A stretch of DNA of 64,000 nt from contig OZ059895.1 of assembly GCA_964057225.1 (NCBI GenBank), positions 20,460,001-20,524,000 on the forward strand. Direction: 5' to 3'. The translations under genes and the position numbers were made by a program. Position 1 is the first letter of the stretch, and every line of letters begins with the position of its first letter. This DNA is from Auanema rhodensis (Eukaryota; Animalia; Nematoda). The notes under the pieces were generated by a model. It saw nothing but the letters and a program-made list of their open reading frames with translations, ran no database searches and was not told where the DNA came from. Positions 40,801 through 54,300 of the stretch are shown here, piece after piece.

Positions 40801-43800
40801 ATGCTAATTAAGTGTACACATGATGTGCACTTGGTATGTAACTCGCTTCACGTCAAAGATAAAGAGATGCGGTTTTCAAAATTAGATTCCCCATGTCCAT
40901 GTTAGTCTAAAAACAAATTTCTATTAATATTGGTGCATGGTAACTATGACTTTGAAATTTACGTGAACTTTAATTTATGCTAATTAAGTGTACACATGAT
41001 GTGCACTTGGTATGTAACTCGCTTCAAGTGAAAGATAAAGAGATGCGCTTTTCAAAATTAGATTTCGCATGTCCATATTAGTCTAAAAACAAATTTTTAT
41101 TGATATTGGTGCATGGTAACCATGACTTTAAAATTTACGTGAACTTTAATTTATGCTAATTAAGTGTACACATGATGTGCACTTGGTATGTAACTCGCTT
41201 CACGTCAAAGATAAAGAGATGCGGTTTTCAAAATTAGATTCCCCATGTCCATATTAGTCTAAAAACAAATTTTTATGAATATTGGTGCATGGTAACCATG
41301 ACTTTGAAATTTACGTGAACTTTAATTTATGCTAATTAAGTGTACACATGATGTGCACTTGGTATGTAACTCGCTTCACGTCAAAGATAAAGAGATGCGG
41401 TTTTGAAAATTAGATTCCCCATGTCCATATTAGTCTAAAAACAAATTTTTATTAATATTGGTGCATGGTAACCATGACTTTGAAATTTACGTGAACTTTA
41501 ATTTATGCTAATTAAGTGTACACATGATGTGCACTTGGTATGTAACTCGCTTCACGTCAAAGATAAAGAGATGCGGTTTTCAAAATTAGATTCCCCATGT
41601 CCATATTAGTCTAAAAACAATTTTTTATCAATATTGGTGCATGGTAACCATGACTTTGAAATTTACGTGAACTTTAATTTTTGCTAATTAAGTGTACACA
41701 TGATGTGCACTTGGTATGTAACTCGCTTCACGTCAAAGATAAAGAGATGCGGTTTTCAAAATTAGATTCCCCATGTCCATATTAGTCTAAAAACAAATTT
41801 TTATTAATATTGGTGCATGGTAACCATGACTTTGAATTTTACGTGAACTTTAATTTATGCTAATTAAGTGTACACATGATGTGCACTTGGTATGTAACTC
41901 GCTTCAAGTGAAAGATAAAGAGATGCGGTTTTCAAAATTAGATTTCGCATGTCCATATTAGTCTAAAAACAAATTTTTATTGATATTGGTGCATGGTAAC
42001 CATGACTTTAAAATTTACGTGAACTTTAATTTATGCTAATTAAGTGTACACATGATGTGCGCTTGGTATGTAACTCGCTTCACGTCAAAGATAAAGAGAT
42101 GCGGTTTTTAAAATTAGATTCCCCATGTCCATATAAGTCTAAAAACAAATTTTTATTAATATTGGTGCATGGTAACCATGACTTTGAAATTTACGTGAAC
42201 TTTAATTTATGCTAATTAAGTGTACACATGCTGTGCACTTGGTATGTAACTCGCTTCACGTCAAAGATAAAGAGATGCGGTTTTCAAAATTAGATTCCCC
42301 ATGTCCATGTTAGTCTAAAAACAAATTTCTATTAATATTGGTGCATGGCAACTATGACTTTGAAATTTACGTGAACTTTAATTTATGCTAATTAAGTGTA
42401 CACATGATGTGCACTTGGTATGTAACTCGCTTCAAGTGAAAGATAAAGAGATGCGCTTTTCAAAATTAGATTTCGCATGTCCATATTAGTCTAAAAACAA
42501 ATTTTTATTGATATTGGTGCATGGTAACCATGACTTTAAAATTTACGTGAACTTTAATTTATGCTAATTAAGTGTACACATGATGTGCACTTGGTATGTA
42601 ACTCGCTTCACGTCAAAGATAAAGAGATGCGGTTTTCAAAATTAGATTCCCCATGTCCATATTAGTCTAAAAACAAATTTTTATGAATATTGGTGCATGG
42701 TAACCATGACTTTGAAATTTACGTGAACTTTAATTTATGCTAATTAAGTGTACACATGATGTGCACTTGGTATGTAACTCGCTTCACGTCAAAGATAAAG
42801 AGATGCGGTTTTGAAAATTAGATTCCCCATGTCCATATTAGTCTAAAAACAAATTTTTATTAATATTGGTGCATGGTAACCATGACTTTGAAATTTACGT
42901 GAACTTTAATTTATGCTAATTAAGTGTACACATGATGTGCACTTGGTATGTAACTCGCTTCACGTCAAAGATAAAGAGATGCGGTTTTCAAAATTAGATT
43001 CCCCATGTCCATATTAGTCTAAAAACAATTTTTTATCAATATTGGTGCATGGTAACCATGACTTTGAAATTTACGTGAACTTTAATTTTTGCTAATTAAG
43101 TGTACACATGATGTGCACTTGGTATGTAACTCGCTTCACGTCAAAGATAAAGAGATGCGGTTTTCAAAATTAGATTCCCCATGTCCATATTAGTCTAAAA
43201 ACAAATTTTTATTAATATTGGTGCATGGTAACCATGACTTTGAATTTTACGTGAACTTTAATTTATGCTAATTAAGTGTACACATGATGTGCACTTGGTA
43301 TGTAACTCGCTTCAAGTGAAAGATAAAGAGATGCGGTTTTCAAAATTAGATTTCGCATGTCCATATTAGTCTAAAAACAAATTTTTATTGATATTGGTGC
43401 ATGGTAACCATGACTTTAAAATTTACGTGAACTTTAATTTATGCTAATTAAGTGTACACATGATGTGCGCTTGGTATGTAACTCGCTTCACGTCAAAGAT
43501 AAAGAGATGCGGTTTTTAAAATTAGATTCCCCATGTCCATATAAGTCTAAAAACAAATTTTTATTAATATTGGTGCATGGTAACCATGACTTTGAAATTT
43601 ACGTGAACTTTAATTTATGCTAATTAAGTGTACACATGCTGTGCACTTGGTATGTAACTCGCTTCACGTCAAAGATAAAGAGATGCGGTTTTCAAAATTA
43701 GATTCCCCATGTCCATGTTAGTCTAAAAACAAATTTCTATTAATATTGGTGCATGGTAACTATGACTTTGAAATTTACGTGAACTTTAATTTATGCTAAT

Positions 43801-45024
43801 TAAGTGTACACATGATGTGCACTTGGTATGTAACTCGCTTCAAGTGAAAGATAAAGAGATGCGCTTTTCAAAATTAGATTTCGCATGTCCATATTAGTCT
43901 AAAAACAAATTTTTATTGATATTGGTGCATGGTAACCATGACTTTAAAATTTACGTGAACTTTAATTTATGCTAATTAAGTGTACACATGATGTGCACTT
44001 GGTATGTAACTCGCTTCACGTCAAAGATAAAGAGATGCGGTTTTCAAAATTAGATTCCCCATGTCCATATTAGTCTAAAAACAAATTTTTATGAATATTG
44101 GTGCATGGTAACCATGACTTTGAAATTTACGTGAACTTTAATTTATGCTAATTAAGTGTACACATGATGTGCACTTGGTATGTAACTCGCTTCACGTCAA
44201 AGATAAAGAGATGCGGTTTTGAAAATTAGATTCCCCATGTCCATATTAGTCTAAAAACAAATTTTTATTAATATTGGTGCATGGTAACCATGACTTTGAA
44301 ATTTACGTGAACTTTAATTTATGCTAATTAAGTGTACACATGATGTGCACTTGGTATGTAACTCGCTTCACGTCAAAGATAAAGAGATGCGGTTTTCAAA
44401 ATTAGATTCCCCATGTCCATATTAGTCTAAAAACAATTTTTTATCAATATTGGTGCATGGTAACCATGACTTTGAAATTTACGTGAACTTTAATTTTTGC
44501 TAATTAAGTGTACACATGATGTGCACTTGGTATGTAACTCGCTTCACGTCAAAGATAAAGAGATGCGGTTTTCAAAATTAGATTCCCCATGTCCATATTA
44601 GTCTAAAAACAAATTTTTATTAATATTGGTGCATGGTAACCATGACTTTGAATTTTACGTGAACTTTAATTTATGCTAATTAAGTGTACACATGATGTGC
44701 ACTTGGTATGTAACTCGCTTCAAGTGAAAGATAAAGAGATGCGGTTTTCAAATTTAGATTTCGCATGTCCATATTAGTCTAAAAACAAATTTTTATTGAT
44801 ATTGGTGCATGGTAACCATGACTTTAAAATTTACGTGAACTTTAATTTATGCTAATTAAGTGTACACATGATGTGCGCTTGGTATGTAACTCGCTTCACG
44901 TCAAAGATAAAGAGATGCGGTTTTTAAAATTAGATTCCCCATGTCCATATAAGTCTAAAAACAAATTTTTATTAATATTGGTGCATGGTAACCATGACTT
45001 TGAAATTTACGTGAACTTTAATTT
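40801..45024. repeat. 8-mer (1408 bp) higher-order repeat, three tandem copies starting at 40801, 42209 and 43617
   Basis: ORFs at 42033, 43441 and 44849 are spaced 1408 bp. Ordered markers CATGTTAG / GCGCTTTT / TATGAAT / TTTTGAAA / TATCAAT / GAATTTT / CAAGTG / TTTTTAAAA repeat three times. Confidence 0.9.
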
Positions 45025-45376
45025 ATGCTAATTAAGTGTACACATGCTGTGCACTTGGTATGTAACTCGCTTCACGTCAAAGATAAAGAGATGCGGTTTT
45101 CAAAATTAGATTCCCCATGTCCATATAAGTCTAAAAACAAATTTTTATTAATATTGGTGCATGGTAACCATGACTTTAAAATTTACGTGAACTTCAATTT
45201 ATGCTAATTAAGTGTACACGTGATGTGCACTTGGTATGTAACTCGCTTCACGTGAAAGATAAAGAGATGCGGTTTTCAAAATTAGATTCCTCATGTCCAT
45301 ATTAGTCTAAAAACGAATTTTTATTGATATTGGTGCATGGTAACCATGACTTTAAAATTTACGTGAACTTTAATTT

Positions 45377-48300
45377 ATGCTAATTAAGTGTACACATGAT
45401 GTGCACTTGGTATGTAACTCGCTTCACGTCAAAGATAAAGAGATGCGGTTTTCAAAATTAGATTCCCCATGTCCATGTTAGTCTAAAAACAAATTTCTAT
45501 TAATATTGGTGCATGGTAACTATGACTTTGAAATTTACGTGAACTTTAATTTATGCTAATTAAGTGTACACATGATGTGCACTTGGTATGTAACTCGCTT
45601 CAAGTGAAAGATAAAGAGATGCGCTTTTCAAAATTAGATTTCGCATGTCCATATTAGTCTAAAAACAAATTTTTATTGATATTGGTGCATGGTAACCATG
45701 ACTTTAAAATTTACGTGAACTTTAATTTATGCTAATTAAGTGTACACATGATGTGCACTTGGTATGTAACTCGCTTCACGTCAAAGATAAAGAGATGCGG
45801 TTTTCAAAATTAGATTCCCCATGTCCATATTAGTCTAAAAACAAATTTTTATTAATATTGGTGCATGGTAACCATGACTTTGAAATTTACGTGAACTTTA
45901 ATTTATGCTAATTAAGTGTACACATGATGTGCACTTGGTATGTAACTCGCTTCACGTCAAAGATAAAAAGATGAGGTTTTCAAAATTAGATTCCCCATGT
46001 CCATATTAGTCTAAAAACAAATTTTTATTAATATTGGTGCATGGTAACCATGACTTTGAAATTTACGTGAACTTTAATTTATGCTAATTAAGTGTACACA
46101 TGATGTGCGCTTGGTATGTAACTCGCTTCACGTGAAAGATAAAGAGATGCGGTTTCCAAAATTAGATTCCCCATGTCCATATTAGTCTAAAAACAAATTT
46201 TTATTGATATTGGTGCATGGCAACCATGACTTTAAAATTTACGTGAACTTTAATTTATGTTAATTAAGTGTACACATGATGTGCACTTGGTATGTAACTC
46301 GCTTCACTCAAAGATAAAGAGATGCGGTTTTCAAAATTAGATTCCCCATGTCCATATTAGTCTAAAAACAATTTTTTATCAATATTGGTGCATGGTAACC
46401 ATGACTTTGAAATTTACGTGAACTTTAATTTATGCTAATTAAGTGTACACATGATGTGCGCTTGGTATGTAACTCTCTTCACGTGAAAGATAAAGAGATG
46501 CGGTTTTCAAAATTAGATTCCTCATGTCCATATTAGTCTAAAAACGAATTTTTATTGATATTAATGCATGGTAACCATGACTTTAAAATTTACGTGAACT
46601 TTAATTTATGCTAATTAAGTGTACACATGATATGCACTTGGTATGTAACTCGCTTCACGTCAAAGATAAAGAGATGCGGTTTTCAAAATTAGATTCCCCA
46701 TGTCCATATTAGCCTAAAAACAAATTTTTTATTGATATTGGTGCATGGTAACCATGACTTTGAAATTTACGTGAACTTTAATTTATGCTAATTAAGTGTA
46801 CACGTGATGTGCACTTGGTATGTAACTCGCTTCACGTGAAAGATAAAGAGATGCGGTTTTCAAAATTAGATTCCCCATGTCCATATTAGTCTAAACACAA
46901 ATTTTTATTGATATTGGTGCATGGTAACCATGACTTTGAAATTTACGTGAACTTTAATTTATGCTAATTAAGTGTACACGTGATGTGCACTTGGTATGTA
47001 ACTCGCTTCACGTGAAAGATAAAAAGATGCGGTTTTCAAAATTAGATTCCCCATGTCCATGTTAGTCTAAAAACAAATTTCTATTAATATTGGTGCATGG
47101 TAACTATGACTTTGAAATTTACGTGAACTTTAATTTATGCTAATTAAGTGTACACATGATGTGCACTTGGTATGTAACTCGCTTCAAGTGAAAGATAAAG
47201 AGATGCGCTTTTCAAAATTAGATTTCGCATGTCCATATTAGTCTAAAAACAAATTTTTATTGATATTGGTGCATGGTAACCATGACTTTAAAATGTACGT
47301 GAACTTTAATTTATGCTAATTAAGTGTACACATGATGTGCACTTGGTATGTAACTCGCTTCACGTCAAAGATAAAGAGATGCGGTTTTCAAAATTAGATT
47401 CCCCATGTCCATATTAGTCTAAAAACAAATTTTTATTAATATTGGTGCATGGTAACCATGACTTTGAAATTTACGTGAACTTTAATTTATGCTAATTAAG
47501 TGTACACATGATGTGCACTTGGTATGTAACTCGCTTCACGTCAAAGATAAAAAGATGAGGTTTTCAAAATTAGATTCCCCATGTCCATATTAGTCTAAAA
47601 ACAAATTTTTATTAATATTGGTGCATGGTAACCATGACTTTGAAATTTACGTGAACTTTAATTTATGCTAATTAAGTGTACACATGATGTGCGCTTGGTA
47701 TGTAACTCGCTTCACGTGAAAGATAAAAAGATGCGGTTTCCAAAATTAGATTCCCCATGTCCATATTAGTCTAAAAACAAATTTTTATTGATATTGGTGC
47801 ATGGCAACCATGACTTTAAAATTTACGTGAACTTTAATTTATGCTAATTAAGTGTACACATGATGTGCACTTGGTATGTAACTCGCTTCAAGTGAAAGAT
47901 AAAGAGATGCGCTTTTCAAAATTAGATTTCGCATGTCCATATTAGTCTAAAAACAAATTTTTATTGATATTGGTGCATGGTAACCATGACTTTAAAATTT
48001 ACGTGAACTTTAATTTATGCTAATTAAGTGTACACATGATGTGCACTTGGTATGTAACTCGCTTCACGTCAAAGATAAAGAGATGCGGTTTTCAAAATTA
48101 GATTCCCCATGTCCATATTAGTCTAAAAACAAATTTTTATGAATATTGGTGCATGGTAACCATGACTTTGAAATTTACGTGAACTTTAATTTATGCTAAT
48201 TAAGTGTACACATGATGTGCACTTGGTATGTAACTCGCTTCACGTCAAAGATAAAGAGATGCGGTTTTGAAAATTAGATTCCCCATGTCCATATTAGTCT

Positions 48301-51300
48301 AAAAACAAATTTTTATTAATATTGGTGCATGGTAACCATGACTTTGAAATTTACGTGAACTTTAATTTATGCTAATTAAGTGTACACATGATGTGCACTT
48401 GGTATGTAACTCGCTTCACGTCAAAGATAAAGAGATGCGGTTTTCAAAATTAGATTCCCCATGTCCATATTAGTCTAAAAACAATTTTTTATCAATATTG
48501 GTGCATGGTAACCATGACTTTGAAATTTACGTGAACTTTAATTTTTGCTAATTAAGTGTACACATGATGTGCACTTGGTATGTAACTCGCTTCACGTCAA
48601 AGATAAAGAGATGCGGTTTTCAAAATTAGATTCCCCATGTCCATATTAGTCTAAAAACAAATTTTTATTAATATTGGTGCATGGTAACCATGACTTTGAA
48701 TTTTACGTGAACTTTAATTTATGCTAATTAAGTGTACACATGATGTGCACTTGGTATGTAACTCGCTTCAAGTGAAAGATAAAGAGATGCGGTTTTCAAA
48801 ATTAGATTTCGCATGTCCATATTAGTCTAAAAACAAATTTTTATTGATATTGGTGCATGGTAACCATGACTTTAAAATTTACGTGAACTTTAATTTATGC
48901 TAATTAAGTGTACACATGATGTGCACTTGGTATGTAACTCGCTTCACGTCAAAGATAAAGAGATGCGGTTTTTAAAATTAGATTCCCCATGTCCATATAA
49001 GTCTAAAAACAAATTTTTATTAATATTGGTGCATGGTAACCATGACTTTGAAATTTACGTGAACTTTAATTTATGCTAATTAAGTGTACACATGCTGTGC
49101 ACTTGGTATGTAACTCGCTTCACGTCAAAGATAAAGAGATGCGGTTTTCAAAATTAGATTCCCCATGTCCATATAAGTCTAAAAACAAATTTTTATTAAT
49201 ATTGGTGCATGGTAACCATGACTTTAAAATTTACGTGAACTTCAATTTATGCTAATTAAGTGTACACGTGATGTGCGCTTGGTATGTAACTCTCTTCACG
49301 TGAAAGGTAAAGAGATGCGGTTTTCAAAATTAGATTCCTCATGTCCATATTAGTCTAAAAACGAATTTTTATTGATATTGGTGCATGGTAACCATGACTT
49401 TAAAATTTACGTGAACTTTAATTTATGCTAATTAAGTGTACACATGATGTGCACTTGGTATGTAACTTGCTTCACGTCAAAGATAAAGAGATGCGGTTTT
49501 CAAAATTAGATTCCCCATGTCCATTTTAGTCTAAAAACGAATTTTTATTGATATTGGTGGATGGTAACCATGACTTTAAAACTTACGTGAACTTCAATTT
49601 ATGCTAATTAAGTGTACACGTGATGTGCACTTGGTATGTAACTCGCTTCACGTGAAAGATAAAGAGATGCGGTTTTCAAAATTAGATTCCTCATGTCCAT
49701 ATTAGTCTAAAAACGAATTTTTATTGATATTGGTGCATGGTAATCATGACTTTAAAATTTACGTGAACTTTAATTTATGCTAATTAAGTGTACACATGAT
49801 GTGCACTTGGTATGTAACTCGCTTCACGTCAAAGATAAAGAGATGCGGTTTTCAAAATTAGATTCCCCATGTCCATGTTAGTCTAAAAACAAATTTCTAT
49901 TAATATTGGTGCATGGTAACTATGACTTTGAAATTTACGTGAACTTTAATTTATGCTAATTAAGTGTACACATGATGTGCACTTGGTATGTAACTCGCTT
50001 CAAGTGAAAGATAAAGAGATGCGCTTTTCAAAATTAGATTTCGCATGTCCATATTAGTCTAAAAACAAATTTTTATTGATATTGGTGCATGGTAACCATG
50101 ACTTTAAAATTTACGTGAACTTTAATTTATGCTAATTAAGTGTACACATGATGTGCACTTGGTATGTAACTCGCTTCACGTCAAAGATAAAGAGATGCGG
50201 TTTTCAAAATTAGATTCCCCATGTCCATATTAGTCTAAAAACAAATTTTTATGAATATTGGTGCATGGTAACCATGACTTTGAAATTTACGTGAACTTTA
50301 ATTTATGCTAATTAAGTGTACACATGATGTGCACTTGGTATGTAACTCGCTTCACGTCAAAGATAAAGAGATGCGGTTTTGAAAATTAGATTCCCCATGT
50401 CCATATTAGTCTAAAAACAAATTTTTATTAATATTGGTGCATGGTAACCATGACTTTGAAATTTACGTGAACTTTAATTTATGCTAATTAAGTGTACACA
50501 TGATGTGCACTTGGTAAGTAACTCGCTTCACGTCAAAGATAAAGAGATGCGGTTTTCAAAATTAGATTCCCCATGTCCATATTAGTCTAAAAACAATTTT
50601 TTATCAATATTGGTGCATGGTAACCATGACTTTGAAATTTACGTGAACTTTAATTTATGCTAATTAAGTGTACACATGATGTGCACTTGGTATGTAACTC
50701 GCTTCACGTCAAAGATAAAGAGATGCGGTTTTGAAAATTAGATTCCCCATGTCCATATTAGTCTAAAAACAAATTTTTATTAATATTGGTGCATGGTAAC
50801 CATGACTTTGAAATTTACGTGAACTTTAATTTATGCTAATTAAGTGTACACATGATGTGCACTTGGTAAGTAACTCGCTTCACGTCAAAGATAAAGAGAT
50901 GCGGTTTTCAAAATTAGATTCCCCATGTCCATATTAGTCTAAAAACAATTTTTTATCAATATTGGTGCATGGTAACCATGACTTTGAAATTTACGTGAAC
51001 TTTAATTTTTGCTAATTAAGTGTACACATGCTGTGCGCTTGGTATGTAACTCTCTTCACGTGAAAGATAAAGAGATGCGGTTTCCAAAATTAGATTCCCC
51101 ATGTCCATATTAGTCTAAAAACAAATTTTTATTGATATTGGTGCATGGTAACCATGACTTTAAAATTTACGTGAACTTTAATTTATGCTAATTAAGTGTA
51201 CACATGATGTGCACTTGGTATGTAACTCGCTTCACGTCAAAGATAAAGAGATGCGGTTTTCAAAATTAGATTCCCCATGTCCATATTAGTCTAAAAACAA

Positions 51301-54300
51301 ATTTTTATTAATATTGGTGCATGGTAACCATGACTTTGAAATTTACGTGAACTTTAATTTATGCTAATTAAGTGTACACATGATGTGCACTTGGTATGTA
51401 ACTCGCTTCACGTCAAAGATAAAAAGATGAGGTTTTCAAAATTAGATTCCCCATGTCCATATTAGTCTAAAAACAAATTTTTATTAATATTGGTGCATGG
51501 TAACCATGACTTTGAAATTTACGTGAACTTTAATTTATGCTAATTAAGTGTACACATGATGTGCGCTTGGTATGTAACTCGCTTCACGTGAAAGATAAAG
51601 AGATGCGGTTTCCAAAATTAGATTCCCCATGTCCATATTAGTCTAAAAACAAATTTTTATTGATATTGGTGCATGGCAACCATGACTTTAAAATTTACGT
51701 GAACTTTAATTTATGTTAATTAAGTGTACACATGATGTGCACTTGGTATGTAACTCGCTTCACTCAAAGATAAAGAGATGCGGTTTTCAAAATTAGATTC
51801 CCCATGTCCATATTAGTCTAAAAACAATTTTTTATCAATATTGGTGCATGGTAACCATGACTTTGAAATTTACGTGAACTTTAATTTATGCTAATTAAGT
51901 GTACACATGATGTGCGCTTGGTATGTAACTCTCTTCACGTGAAAGATAAAGAGATGCGGTTTTCAAAATTAGATTCCTCATGTCCATATTAGTCTAAAAA
52001 CGAATTTTTATTGATATTAATGCATGGTAACCATGACTTTAAAATTTACGTGAACTTTAATTTATGCTAATTAAGTGTACACATGATATGCACTTGGTAT
52101 GTAACTCGCTTCACGTCAAAGATAAAGAGATGCGGTTTTCAAAATTAGATTCCCCATGTCCATATTAGCCTAAAAACAAATTTTTTATTGATATTGGTGC
52201 ATGGTAACCATGACTTTGAAATTTACGTGAACTTTAATTTATGCTAATTAAGTGTACACGTGATGTGCACTTGGTATGTAACTCGCTTCACGTGAAAGAT
52301 AAAGAGATGCGGTTTTCAAAATTAGATTCCCCATGTCCATATTAGTCTAAACACAAATTTTTATTGATATTGGTGCATGGTAACCATGACTTTGAAATTT
52401 ACGTGAACTTTAATTTATGCTAATTAAGTGTACACGTGATGTGCACTTGGTATGTAACTCGCTTCACGTGAAAGATAAAAAGATGCGGTTTTCAAAATTA
52501 GATTCCCCATGTCCATGTTAGTCTAAAAACAAATTTCTATTAATATTGGTGCATGGTAACTATGACTTTGAAATTTACGTGAACTTTAATTTATGCTAAT
52601 TAAGTGTACACATGATGTGCACTTGGTATGTAACTCGCTTCAAGTGAAAGATAAAGAGATGCGCTTTTCAAAATTAGATTTCGCATGTCCATATTAGTCT
52701 AAAAACAAATTTTTATTGATATTGGTGCATGGTAACCATGACTTTAAAATGTACGTGAACTTTAATTTATGCTAATTAAGTGTACACATGATGTGCACTT
52801 GGTATGTAACTCGCTTCACGTCAAAGATAAAGAGATGCGGTTTTCAAAATTAGATTCCCCATGTCCATATTAGTCTAAAAACAAATTTTTATTAATATTG
52901 GTGCATGGTAACCATGACTTTGAAATTTACGTGAACTTTAATTTATGCTAATTAAGTGTACACATGATGTGCACTTGGTATGTAACTCGCTTCACGTCAA
53001 AGATAAAAAGATGAGGTTTTCAAAATTAGATTCCCCATGTCCATATTAGTCTAAAAACAAATTTTTATTAATATTGGTGCATGGTAACCATGACTTTGAA
53101 ATTTACGTGAACTTTAATTTATGCTAATTAAGTGTACACATGATGTGCGCTTGGTATGTAACTCGCTTCACGTGAAAGATAAAAAGATGCGGTTTCCAAA
53201 ATTAGATTCCCCATGTCCATATTAGTCTAAAAACAAATTTTTATTGATATTGGTGCATGGCAACCATGACTTTAAAATTTACGTGAACTTTAATTTATGC
53301 TAATTAAGTGTACACATGATGTGCACTTGGTATGTAACTCGCTTCAAGTGAAAGATAAAGAGATGCGCTTTTCAAAATTAGATTTCGCATGTCCATATTA
53401 GTCTAAAAACAAATTTTTATTGATATTGGTGCATGGTAACCATGACTTTAAAATTTACGTGAACTTTAATTTATGCTAATTAAGTGTACACATGATGTGC
53501 ACTTGGTATGTAACTCGCTTCACGTCAAAGATAAAGAGATGCGGTTTTCAAAATTAGATTCCCCATGTCCATATTAGTCTAAAAACAAATTTTTATGAAT
53601 ATTGGTGCATGGTAACCATGACTTTGAAATTTACGTGAACTTTAATTTATGCTAATTAAGTGTACACATGATGTGCACTTGGTATGTAACTCGCTTCACG
53701 TCAAAGATAAAGAGATGCGGTTTTGAAAATTAGATTCCCCATGTCCATATTAGTCTAAAAACAAATTTTTATTAATATTGGTGCATGGTAACCATGACTT
53801 TGAAATTTACGTGAACTTTAATTTATGCTAATTAAGTGTACACATGATGTGCACTTGGTATGTAACTCGCTTCACGTCAAAGATAAAGAGATGCGGTTTT
53901 CAAAATTAGATTCCCCATGTCCATATTAGTCTAAAAACAATTTTTTATCAATATTGGTGCATGGTAACCATGACTTTGAAATTTACGTGAACTTTAATTT
54001 TTGCTAATTAAGTGTACACATGATGTGCACTTGGTATGTAACTCGCTTCACGTCAAAGATAAAGAGATGCGGTTTTCAAAATTAGATTCCCCATGTCCAT
54101 ATTAGTCTAAAAACAAATTTTTATTAATATTGGTGCATGGTAACCATGACTTTGAATTTTACGTGAACTTTAATTTATGCTAATTAAGTGTACACATGAT
54201 GTGCACTTGGTATGTAACTCGCTTCAAGTGAAAGATAAAGAGATGCGGTTTTCAAAATTAGATTTCGCATGTCCATATTAGTCTAAAAACAAATTTTTAT

